Source: Eubacteriales bacterium (GTDB taxonomy: Bacteria; Bacillota; Clostridia; Oscillospirales; CAG-272). Taken from it: 36,931 nucleotides of DNA. Position 1 is the first letter of the stretch. Each line of letters begins with the position of its first letter. The stretch covers positions 1-36,931 of the forward strand of contig JAZRFI010000109.1 of the NCBI GenBank assembly GCA_045661285.1, written 5' to 3'. The position numbers and the translations under genes are program-made. Below the pieces are notes generated by a model. It had not been told where the DNA came from. It saw only the letters and a program-made list of their open reading frames with translations, and did no database searches. Positions 9,011 to 16,901 of the stretch are shown here, in pieces.

Positions 9011-9918
9011 AAGTTACCTATGGAAAGCGCTTTTTATTCTTTGCCTGTCTCTTCTTTTTGCTTTTGCTTTTGATCTTTGCGCAGCCCGTGCTTGCCGCCT
9101 TGCAAGCGGGGCTTTATCTCTGCGCCCGCACGGTGATCCCTTCTCTTTTCCCTTTTGCGGTACTGTCAAGCCTTCTTGTACGCCTCGCCCCGACAGGATC
9201 CCTACCCGGCGGGCGGCTGTTTGAAGCACTTTTTCGCATCCCGCGAATGGGGCTTTTTGCGCTTTTTATCGGGGCTTTGTGCGGCTTTCCGCTGGGGGCG
9301 CGTACCGCCGCCGATCTTTATGCCGCGGGGCGCTTATCCAAAAAAGAGGCAGAGCGCTTAGCCGCGCTTTCCAACAACACGGGGCCCGCCTTTTGCGTGG
9401 CGGGGGTGGGGGTCTCTCTTTTTTCTTCACCCCGTATCGGCTGGCTTTTATACGGGCTTCAGCTTTTTTCGGGTCTTTTTATCGCTTTTCTTTTTGCGCG
9501 GCGGGAACAAAGAGCGCCACGAAAGCAAGAAAAGCAGGAAACGGTCTTTCCCGCCCCGCTTTCTTTATCGGAAAGCATCTACGGCGCGTCTCTTACCCTA
9601 CTTTCGGTTACGGGTACCATCCTCTTCTTTTCCGCGCTTTGCGCCCTGCCGAAGCTCTTCCTCCCCCCCACGGCCTTTGCGCTTTTTTCTTCGTTCTTAG
9701 AGATCGGGAACGCAACGGTGGCCGCAGGGGCGCTTTCCCCCTCGATGGGGATCCCGATCGCCGCCTTCGCCGTTTCCTTTTCGGGGCTTTCGGTGCATTT
9801 GCAGGCTTCTTCGGTGCTCAGACCCCTTACCCTTTCGGTCCTTCCCATGTTTTATTATAAGCTTCTTAGCGGTATTCTTTCCTTCTTTCTTTCCTTTCTT
9901 TTCCTTCGCTTTTTATAA
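9007..9918 (+). CDS. ylbJ: Sporulation integral membrane protein YlbJ-like (gate domain)
   Basis: GL.LC...VIPSLFPF, G.LCGFPLGA, NNTGPAF, LEIGN, SFSGLSVHLQ; very hydrophobic; AAAGGAGG SD. Confidence 0.85.
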   Translation: MQVTYGKRFLFFACLFFLLLLLIFAQPVLAALQAGLYLCARTVIPSLFPFAVLSSLLVRLAPTGSLPGGRLFEALFRIPRMGLFALFIGALCGFPLGARTAADLYAAGRLSKKEAERLAALSNNTGPAFCVAGVGVSLFSSPRIGWLLYGLQLFSGLFIAFLFARREQRAPRKQEKQETVFPAPLSLSESIYGASLTLLSVTGTILFFSALCALPKLFLPPTAFALFSSFLEIGNATVAAGALSPSMGIPIAAFAVSFSGLSVHLQASSVLRPLTLSVLPMFYYKLLSGILSFFLSFLFLRFL

Positions 9919-9923
9919 AAAGA

Positions 9924-9953
9924 AAAAACGGCACGAAAATTCGTGCCGTTTTT
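9924..9953. terminator. Bidirectional terminator between ylbJ and pckG
   Basis: AAAAACGGCACGAA-aa-TTCGTGCCGTTTTT between convergent genes. Confidence 0.9.
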
Positions 9954-9970
9954 GGTAATTGGCGTAATTA

Positions 9971-11746
9971 TCAGCCGAGGCGCTTTTCAAGAGCGGCAAG
10001 CTCTTCATGCATTTCGGCGGGAACGCGCTCGCCAACCTGCTGATAGAATTCTTTGATGTTGGCGATATCCTCAAGCCAAGCTTCCTTGTCGACCGAAAGA
10101 AGATCGGCAAGCGTTTCCTTAGAGATATCGAGGCCGCTTACGTTGATATCGTCTACGCAAGGGATATAACCGATCGCGGTCTCCTTCGCGTCTACCTTAC
10201 CCTCGCAGCGAGCAAGGATCCAGGTAAGAACACGCATATTGTCGCCGAAGCCGGGCCAGATGAAGTGGCCTTCGTCATCGGTACGGAACCAGTTGACGTG
10301 GAAGATCTTGGGGGCGTTTTCCATCTTCTTGCCCATGGCAAGCCAGTGTGCCCAGTAGTCACCCATATCGTAGCCGACGAAGGGACGCATCGCCATCGGG
10401 TCACGGCGGACTACGCCGAGAGCGCCGGCAGCGGCAGCGGTGGTCTCAGAAGCCATGATCGAGCCGACGAAGGCGCCGTGCTGCCAGTTGAAGGACTGGT
10501 ATACCAGCGGGGCGGTCTTGGCGCGGCGGCCACCGAAGACAATCGCCGAGATCGGAACGCCTGCGGGATTGTCGAATTCCTTCGAGATGCAGGGGCAGTT
10601 GGTTGCCATGGCGGTGAAGCGGGAGTTCGGATGCGCCGCGGAGGTGTTGATCTTATCGGCCTTGTCGTACTTGCGGTAATCCCACTGCTCGCCCTTCCAG
10701 TTGATGCAGTTCTTGGGAGGATTGTTGTCAAGCCCTTCCCACCATACCGAGTTGTTGTCGAGGTCGTGACCGACGTTGGTAAAGATGGTATCGCGAACCG
10801 TAGTGTGCAGCGCGTTGGGGTTCGAATGCTCGTTGGTGCCGGGGGCAACGCCGAAGAAGCCGTTCTCGGGGTTGATGGCGTAGAGCGTGCCGTCCTTAAC
10901 ACGGAGCCAGGCGATATCGTCGCCAACCGTCCAGATCTTGTAGCCCTGCTTGGTGTAGTATTCGGGCGGGATCAGCATGGCAAGGTTGGTCTTACCGCAG
11001 GCAGAGGGGAACGCGGCGGCGATATACTTCACTTCGCCTTCGGGATTTTCAAGGCCGAGGATCAGCATATGCTCAGCCATCCAGCCCTCTTTGCGGCCGA
11101 GGTACGAAGCGATACGAAGCGCGAAGCACTTCTTACCGAGAAGAACGTTTCCGCCGTAAGCCGAGTTAACGCTCCAGATGGTGTTGTCCTCGGGGAAATG
11201 GCAGATATAGCGGTTCTCGGGATCAAGGGTAGCGGTAGCGTGAAGACCCTTAACGAAGCTGTCGTCGTTAGGCATAGCCTCCAGAACGTGCTTACCGGCG
11301 CGGGTCATGATCTGCATGTTGAGAACAACGTAGATCGAGTCAGTCAGCTCAACGCCGTACTTGGCAAAGTCGGAACCGACCTGACCCATGGCGTAAGGAA
11401 TGACGTACATCGTCTTTCCCTTCATCGAGCCGGCGTAAAGCTTTTTCAGCTTAGCGTAGCATTCAACGGGATCCATCCAGTTGTTGATATTACCCGCATC
11501 CTCTTTCTTACGGGTGCAGATAAAGGTTCTGCCTTCTACACGGGCAACGTCGTTAACGGCGGTGCGATGCAGATAGCAGTTGGGAAGCAGATCCTGGTTC
11601 AGGCGAACCAGCTCTCCGGTCGAGCAAGCCTGCTCACGCAGAGCGGCGATCTGCTCCTCGGACCCATCGAACCAAACGATGCTGTCCGGCGTGGTCAGAG
11701 CGGCCATTTCATCAATCCACTGATTGATATACTTGTTGTTGGTCAT
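9971..11746 (-). CDS. pckG: Phosphoenolpyruvate carboxykinase (GTP)
   Basis: DVARVE, YGGNVLLGKKCFALRIAS, AEHMLI, AFPSACGKTNLAM, VGDDIAW, AHPNSRF, RRDPMAM, WPGFGDN. Confidence 0.98.
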   Translation of the reverse strand: MTNNKYINQWIDEMAALTTPDSIVWFDGSEEQIAALREQACSTGELVRLNQDLLPNCYLHRTAVNDVARVEGRTFICTRKKEDAGNINNWMDPVECYAKLKKLYAGSMKGKTMYVIPYAMGQVGSDFAKYGVELTDSIYVVLNMQIMTRAGKHVLEAMPNDDSFVKGLHATATLDPENRYICHFPEDNTIWSVNSAYGGNVLLGKKCFALRIASYLGRKEGWMAEHMLILGLENPEGEVKYIAAAFPSACGKTNLAMLIPPEYYTKQGYKIWTVGDDIAWLRVKDGTLYAINPENGFFGVAPGTNEHSNPNALHTTVRDTIFTNVGHDLDNNSVWWEGLDNNPPKNCINWKGEQWDYRKYDKADKINTSAAHPNSRFTAMATNCPCISKEFDNPAGVPISAIVFGGRRAKTAPLVYQSFNWQHGAFVGSIMASETTAAAAGALGVVRRDPMAMRPFVGYDMGDYWAHWLAMGKKMENAPKIFHVNWFRTDDEGHFIWPGFGDNMRVLTWILARCEGKVDAKETAIGYIPCVDDINVSGLDISKETLADLLSVDKEAWLEDIANIKEFYQQVGERVPAEMHEELAALEKRLG

Positions 11747-11801
11747 TTTCTCTCTCCTTACTTTAAGTAAATGAAATTTATCACAAATTCCTACATTTTA
11801 C

Positions 11802-11830
11802 ATTATATCATAGGAGTTTTCGTTTTGCAA
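11802..11830 (-). promoter_or_regulatory. sigmaA promoter of pckG
   Basis: Minus strand TTGCAA-17-TATAAT with extended TG. Confidence 0.8.
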
Positions 11831-12027
11831 GCAATTTTCTGATTTTTTCCTTTTGTTTTTTCGCTTTTACAAACCGTTAAAAGATTATTCTCCCCTTGTT
11901 ATTCTTTTATCCCCTCTTCCCCGCTTTTTCTCCATTTCCTACGCCCATAATGACGCAAAAAGCCCGATTTGTATAGGTTCACCAACAAAAAATAGAAAAT
12001 TTTGGCAATTATTTGGGGGATTAAGCG

Positions 12028-12056
12028 TTGCTATTTCTGGAAAAATGTGGTAGAAT
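12028..12056 (+). promoter_or_regulatory. sigmaA promoter of spo0A
   Basis: TTGCTA-17-TAGAAT with TGTG extension. Confidence 0.75.
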
Positions 12057-12096
12057 AGAGATAATCCAATTTTTTCCAATAAAGGAGTATTTTTCT

Positions 12097-12885
12097 ATGG
12101 ACGTAACAAAAAAGATTTTGATCGCAGACGAAAGCCCGGATGCGCGCCGCACCCTTCGGGAAAGCCTTCAAAAAGCCGGCTATCGCGCGATCGACGAAGC
12201 GACGAACGGCGAAGACGCGCTTTTGAAGATCAACCGCACCGCACCCGATTGCGTGATCGCCGATCTGTGGCTCTCTAAAATGGACGGGATCGGGGTCATT
12301 CGCAACGCGCGATCGCTTCGCTTTCCCGGCGGGAAGGCACCGATCTTCATTCTGGTTTCAATGATCTCCAATCAAAACATTTTCGTCGAGGCGACGGCGG
12401 CGGGGGCCGATTACTGTATTCTGAAGCCCTACGATTGCCGCACGCTGATCGGGGAGATGGAGGCGCTTTTTGCCGCGCGGGACGGAAAGGCGGTCGAAAA
12501 GCCGCAGGAGGACGGCGACAAACCGGGAAGCCACGAGATCGAAACGCAGGTCACGCGTATCATCCACCAGATCGGGATCCCCGCGCATATCAAGGGCTAT
12601 CAGTATTTGCGTACCGCGATCATTATGACGATCAACGATAACGAGATCATTAATTCGGTGACGAAGATATTATACCCCTCTGTCGCCAAGAAATATGCGA
12701 CGACCACCAGCCGCGTCGAGCGCGCGATCCGCCACGCGATCGAGGTCGCGTGGGACCGTGGCGACATCGATACGCTTAACTCTTATTTCGGCTATACCAT
12801 TCAAGGCAATCGCGGCAAGCCGACCAACAGCGAATTTATTGCGATGATCGCCGATAATCTTCGCTTAAAATACAAGTTATATTGA
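12097..12885 (+). CDS. spo0A: Sporulation master regulator Spo0A (start corrected to ATG at 12097)
   Basis: [52 protein letters not shown]; N-terminal receiver domain; AAAGGAG SD. Confidence 0.97.
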   Translation: MDVTKKILIADESPDARRTLRESLQKAGYRAIDEATNGEDALLKINRTAPDCVIADLWLSKMDGIGVIRNARSLRFPGGKAPIFILVSMISNQNIFVEATAAGADYCILKPYDCRTLIGEMEALFAARDGKAVEKPQEDGDKPGSHEIETQVTRIIHQIGIPAHIKGYQYLRTAIIMTINDNEIINSVTKILYPSVAKKYATTTSRVERAIRHAIEVAWDRGDIDTLNSYFGYTIQGNRGKPTNSEFIAMIADNLRLKYKLY

Positions 12886-12888
12886 AGA

Positions 12889-12920
12889 AAAAAGGCAGCT
12901 TCAAACCGAGCTGCCTTTTT
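12889..12920. terminator. Bidirectional terminator between spo0A and the recR operon
   Basis: AAAAAGGCAGCTT-caaacc-GAGCTGCCTTTTT. Confidence 0.85.
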
Positions 12921-12923
12921 GTT

Positions 12924-13889
12924 TTATTTTTCTTTGGAAAGAAGGGATATTTCCGTACCGTTGCTTACAAAAACGATCGTACCGTGAAGATCGGTGCGGT
13001 AGATTTCGATCCCCGCGTCAGTCAGGCGTTCGACGATCTCATCGTGCGGATGACCGTAGCTGTTCCCTTCCCCCGCGCTGATCACGGCGAAATCGGGATC
13101 AACGGCGGATAAAAACGCGCTCCCGCTGGAGGTGGTGGAGCCGTGGTGGCCTACCTTTAATAAGTCGGCCTTCAAGCCTTCACTCCCAAAGCTTTGCAGC
13201 ATTTCCCCTTCGGAAAGCAGCTCGGCATCCCCCGTCAGCATCAGGGCGGTTTCCCCGAAAAGAACGCGAAGCACCACGCTGTAATCGTTGATCTCGCTGT
13301 ATTCCTTGGCGCGCGGCGCCAAGATCTCCAACACCATATCCGAAAGCGTGATACGGTTTCCGGCCACCGCCTCGATGACGTTAACGTCACGGCTTTCAAG
13401 CGCTTCAAGCGTATCCTCGAAGATCTTGGTGGTGGCAACGGCGTCGGGCATCAAACAATTTTCAATCGTAAAGGTATTGATAATATCGGGCGCACCGCCG
13501 ATATGGTCGGCGTGCGGATGGGTAAGAACCAGGTAATCAATGCTCGTGATCCCAAGACCCGTAAGGTGGTCGATGATCTTATCGGTGACGGCGTTCTTTT
13601 TGTAGCCGGTATCGATAAGAACCGTATGGTTTTCGCTTCGAAGCAGAACGCAATCAGCCTGCCCCACGTCCAAAAAGGTGATCTCTAAGCTGCCGCTGAC
13701 GGTGGGCGGCGGGGTAAGCGTCGTTGTAACAGCGGCAGTAGTGGTAACGGTAGTAGTGACGGTGGTGGTAACGGCGGCCGTCGTAAGCGCCGCCGTGGTA
13801 TCGCCCGGCGTAAGCGGGGCGCAGCCGAAAAGACCGCCAACGCTGAGAAGCAGCGCCAGAAAAAGACTGAAAAATCGGTTTGCTTTCAT
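12924..13889 (-). CDS. Lipoprotein with ComEC/Rec2-type metallo-beta-lactamase nuclease domain
   Basis: Signal peptide with lipobox LFGC, Thr-rich linker, DVGQAD, THPHADHIGG, TGDAE, KVGHHGS, YGHP, RTD; ATG overlaps the recR stop (TGATG). Confidence 0.88.
   Translation of the reverse strand: MKANRFFSLFLALLLSVGGLFGCAPLTPGDTTAALTTAAVTTTVTTTVTTTAAVTTTLTPPPTVSGSLEITFLDVGQADCVLLRSENHTVLIDTGYKKNAVTDKIIDHLTGLGITSIDYLVLTHPHADHIGGAPDIINTFTIENCLMPDAVATTKIFEDTLEALESRDVNVIEAVAGNRITLSDMVLEILAPRAKEYSEINDYSVVLRVLFGETALMLTGDAELLSEGEMLQSFGSEGLKADLLKVGHHGSTTSSGSAFLSAVDPDFAVISAGEGNSYGHPHDEIVERLTDAGIEIYRTDLHGTIVFVSNGTEISLLSKEK
13710..13800 (-). repeat. Low-complexity Thr/Val/Ala-rich coding repeat (TTAA / TTTV units)
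   Basis: TTAALTTAAVTTTVTTTVTTTAAVTTTLTPPP; imperfect 12-nt units at DNA level. Confidence 0.6.
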
Positions 13890-14491
13890 CACGACAAATC
13901 TCTCCTTCCTTGAAGGGCGCGGTTCAGGGTGACCTCATCGGTATACTCAAGGTTTCCGCCAACGGGGATCCCGTAGGCAAGGCGCGTGATCTTTACTTCG
14001 TAAGGCGCAAGGAGCCTTGCTATGTACATAGCCGTCGCTTCTCCCTCTACGTCGGGGTCGGTAGCCACGATGATCTCACGAATCGCTTCGTTTTTCACCC
14101 GCTCAATAAGCTCGCCGATGCGAAGGCTGTCGGGCGTGATTCCGTTCATCGGGGAAAGCACGCCGCCGAGAACGTGGTAAAGGCCGCGGTATTCCCGCAC
14201 CCGCTCGAAGGCTAAGATATCTCTTGCCTGCTCAACAACGCAAACAAGCCCCCGATCCCGTTCGGGGTCGGCGCACACGGGGCAAAGCTCGCCAACCGTG
14301 ATGTTTCCGCAAACGCGACAGGAACGGATCTTGTGCTTGGCGTCGTGAATCGCTTCGGCAAAGGCGTCGGCCTCCTCCTCTGAGAAGGAAAGCACCGAAA
14401 AGGCCATACGCACGGCGCTTTTCCCGCCAACACCGGGGATTCTGCGAAACTGCTCGATAAGCCGTTGCAGGGGCTCAATATATTCCTGCAT
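13889..14491 (-). CDS. recR: Recombination protein RecR
   Basis: HhH IPGVGGKSA, zinc finger CRVC...CPVC, YHVLGG.LSP, Toprim EGEATA, RLAYGIPVGG.LEY.D. Confidence 0.98.
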   Translation of the reverse strand: MQEYIEPLQRLIEQFRRIPGVGGKSAVRMAFSVLSFSEEEADAFAEAIHDAKHKIRSCRVCGNITVGELCPVCADPERDRGLVCVVEQARDILAFERVREYRGLYHVLGGVLSPMNGITPDSLRIGELIERVKNEAIREIIVATDPDVEGEATAMYIARLLAPYEVKITRLAYGIPVGGNLEYTDEVTLNRALQGRRDLS

Positions 14492-14832
14492 TAAAACAGC
14501 CCCGGCATTCCGGGCAGATTCATCTGCCCCGTGATCTTGCCCATCTCTTCACCGGCGGCATCCTCAACCTTTCGGATCGCCTCGTTGATAGCGGCCATCA
14601 AAATATCGGAAAGCGTTTCGATATCATCGGGATCCACGATCTCTTCGGCAATATCGAGGGCAAGAATCTCCTTTTTCCCGCTGATGCGAACGGTAACGGC
14701 ACCGCCGCCGGCCGATACGGTATATTCCGCGGCCTCCAGCTCTGCCTGCTTTTCTTGCATATCCTGTTGCATTTTCTGGGCTTGCTTCAGCATATCGGCC
14801 ATGCCGCCGCCCTGAGGAATTCTTACTTTCAT
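14491..14832 (-). CDS. ybaB: Nucleoid-associated protein YbaB/EbfC
   Basis: MLKQAQKMQ, SAGGGAV, VDPDDIETLSD..AAINEA; lies between dnaX and recR. Confidence 0.95.
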   Translation of the reverse strand: MKVRIPQGGGMADMLKQAQKMQQDMQEKQAELEAAEYTVSAGGGAVTVRISGKKEILALDIAEEIVDPDDIETLSDILMAAINEAIRKVEDAAGEEMGKITGQMNLPGMPGLF

Positions 14833-14848
14833 TTTTCTTATTCCTTTC

Positions 14849-16459
14849 TTATTTATCTTTCAAGGCCGCCTCAAGCTCGTCAATGATCGTATGACCCGAG
14901 GGGGCGTTTTCGGTTTCAAAAAGAATTTCGCGTACCGTGATCCCCGCGATCATAGAAGAAGCGGTACGGATCGAGGTCAGCACGTTTTCGCTTTTCAGCA
15001 TCCCGACGAAAAAGGGATTGCCGACGCGAATGAGAAGATTGCCCTCTCCCGAAAGATAGGCGGAAGAGCCCTTTAAGGTGCCCGCAAGGCTGCGTTGAGC
15101 CCTTATCAGCTCATCCATTACCTCGCGCCAAGCGGCGAAGGGGCGGTATTGCGAGCCGTTTTCGGGCGAAGCGGCTTTAGCCGCGGGGGTAGGCGCAGAT
15201 GCGGGGGCTTTCTCGGCCGGCGCTACTCGCTCTTCGCTCTTTTTTTGTGATTCTTCAACCGCTTCGGCCGTTGTGGCGGCGGCAGAAGGGGGAACAAAGG
15301 CGCCGCTTTGAAGGGTGACCAATCGCCTTTCCAGCTCGCTTATACGTAAAACGAGGCTTTCGGGGCTGGTGGAGAGCTGCGGCTCGCAAAGGCGGGTCAA
15401 GGCAAGCTCGGCAATCGAGCGCCGCGAAAGCGGAGAGCGAAGCATCGCCGAAAGCGCATCCTCTAAAACGCGGGTGTGGTACACCATCTGCTCCATCCGA
15501 AGAGGGGCGGCAAGGGCCGAGAGCCGTTCGGTCTCGCTATCGGTAAGATCGAGATAAGAAGCGCCGTTTTTGGTAGTCTTCAAGACCATCATATCCCGAT
15601 AGCAATCAATGAGATCCTGCCAGAATACCGAAATATCGCGGGAGGACATCACAAGCTCGTGTATTTTTCCGTAAAGGGTATCGTAATCCTTTTTCTGCAC
15701 CGCTTCCACGAGGCGGTAAATGCTTTCTTTATCCCCCGCGCCGCAGGTGGAAAAGACCAGCTCTTCGTCGATCGTTTCTTTTTTTCCCGCGCAAAGCTCT
15801 AAAAGACTGATCGCATCGCGCATACCGCCAAAGGCAAGCCTTGCCAAAAGGCGCGCGCCCCCATCAGTCAAGGAAATATCCTCTTTTTTGGCAATATACA
15901 GAAGGCGCTTGGCAAGAACCGCGTTGGAGATACGCTTGAAATCGAAGCGCTGACAACGCGAAACGATGGTACTGGGAAGCTTATGCAGCTCGGTCGTCGC
16001 CAAAATAAAGATAACGTGAGAGGGCGGCTCTTCCAGCGTTTTTAAAAGCGCGTTGAACGCGCTTCCGCTCATCATATGTACCTCGTCGATGATATACACG
16101 CGGTAGCGAAGCTCGGCCGGGGTGAAAACGATCTCGTCACGGATATCGCGCACGTCGTTAACGCCGGTATTGCTCGCCGCGTCCATCTCCACAACGTCGG
16201 TAGCAAGCCCCTCGTCGACAGATCGGCAAGCGGCGCACTCGTTGCAAGGGTTTCCGTTCTTGGGGGAAAGACAGTTGACTGCCTTGGCTAAGATCTTGGC
16301 GCTACTGGTCTTACCCGTACCGCGCGAACCGCAAAAAAGGTAGGCATGGTTGATCTTCCCGTTTGCTACCTGATATTTCAGAATATCGGTGACCCCGTCT
16401 TGACCCCAAACGTCGTCAAAGTCGACCGGTCGATATTTTCGGTACAGCGCTCGATACAT
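14849..16459 (-). CDS. dnaX: DNA polymerase III subunit gamma/tau (start corrected to ATG at 16459; 536 aa)
   Basis: MYRALYRKYRP, GSRGTGKT, zinc motif, DAASNTGV, IIDEVHM, LLKTLEEPP, SRC, GGMRDA; GGAGG SD. Confidence 0.98.
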   Translation of the reverse strand: MYRALYRKYRPVDFDDVWGQDGVTDILKYQVANGKINHAYLFCGSRGTGKTSSAKILAKAVNCLSPKNGNPCNECAACRSVDEGLATDVVEMDAASNTGVNDVRDIRDEIVFTPAELRYRVYIIDEVHMMSGSAFNALLKTLEEPPSHVIFILATTELHKLPSTIVSRCQRFDFKRISNAVLAKRLLYIAKKEDISLTDGGARLLARLAFGGMRDAISLLELCAGKKETIDEELVFSTCGAGDKESIYRLVEAVQKKDYDTLYGKIHELVMSSRDISVFWQDLIDCYRDMMVLKTTKNGASYLDLTDSETERLSALAAPLRMEQMVYHTRVLEDALSAMLRSPLSRRSIAELALTRLCEPQLSTSPESLVLRISELERRLVTLQSGAFVPPSAAATTAEAVEESQKKSEERVAPAEKAPASAPTPAAKAASPENGSQYRPFAAWREVMDELIRAQRSLAGTLKGSSAYLSGEGNLLIRVGNPFFVGMLKSENVLTSIRTASSMIAGITVREILFETENAPSGHTIIDELEAALKDK

Positions 16460-16471
16460 AAAATCCTCCGT

Positions 16472-16515
16472 AAAAAAAGGGCCGTCATTCGTGGGGGTCC
16501 CCACGGGACGAGCCC
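16472..16515 (-). terminator. Imperfect intrinsic terminator downstream of SRP RNA
   Basis: GGGC(U)CGUC(C)CGUGGG-GACC-CCCACG(AAU)GACGGCCC followed by U7. Confidence 0.75.
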
Positions 16516-16523
16516 AGGGCGTT

Positions 16524-16835
16524 TTATTCCAAGGCCCGGATAAGACCATACACCGTAATGTCGAAACCGAATCTATGCACGGAAGCCCTGCCGCCCACTC
16601 GGGACAGGCAACCCTGCGGCACATCGGGGAAACTGCTTAATGCTGCTTGGTCTCCCACCTGACATGGTTCACAGCACCCGATTGCACAAGACCCATCCGT
16701 CACCGTAAGCCGCGCAAAGCGCAGACTGCACAAACCGGCCCCTCTATACGGAAATCACCCCTGCTATAGCGGATTTCAGGTACAAGGCACCGCTACCGCC
16801 CCGGCCAGTATGGTCCTATCCGACCCTTGGAATAA
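16524..16835 (-). ncRNA. ffs: Large bacterial signal recognition particle RNA (precursor bounds, including terminal helix)
   Basis: Helix 8 GAACCAUGUCAGGU-GG-GAGA-CC-AAGCAGCAU; Alu-like 5' part GGGCGGUAGCGGUGCCUUGUACCUGAAAUCCGCUAUAGCAGG; complementary ends; canonical location upstream of dnaX. Confidence 0.93.
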
Positions 16836-16845
16836 CACAATACAT

Positions 16846-16874
16846 AGTATAACAGATAATAAAAAGATATGCAA
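16846..16874 (-). promoter_or_regulatory. sigmaA promoter of ffs
   Basis: Minus strand TTGCAT-17-TATACT with extended TG. Confidence 0.8.
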
Positions 16875-16901
16875 TAGGAAAAAAAGATTTTCCCGAATAT
16901 T

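Noticed and set aside
10007-11770. 587-aa plus-strand ORF antisense to pckG
   Set aside because: It is in codon register with a biased, highly expressed gene that rarely uses TTA/CTA/TCA, so antisense stops are missing; no SD or recognisable motifs.
11951-11957. TGACGCA as a Spo0A box
   Set aside because: Single, mismatched against TGNCGAA, and likely by chance.
15778-15788. Second A7 run in dnaX (GGA AAA AAA GAA)
   Set aside because: It falls inside the clamp-loader core, where truncation would be non-functional; it shows such runs arise by chance.
16460-16624. 55-aa N-terminal extension of DnaX in the ORF track
   Set aside because: It lies in the SRP RNA and its terminator; a strong SD and the conserved MYxALYRKYRP mark 16459 as the start.
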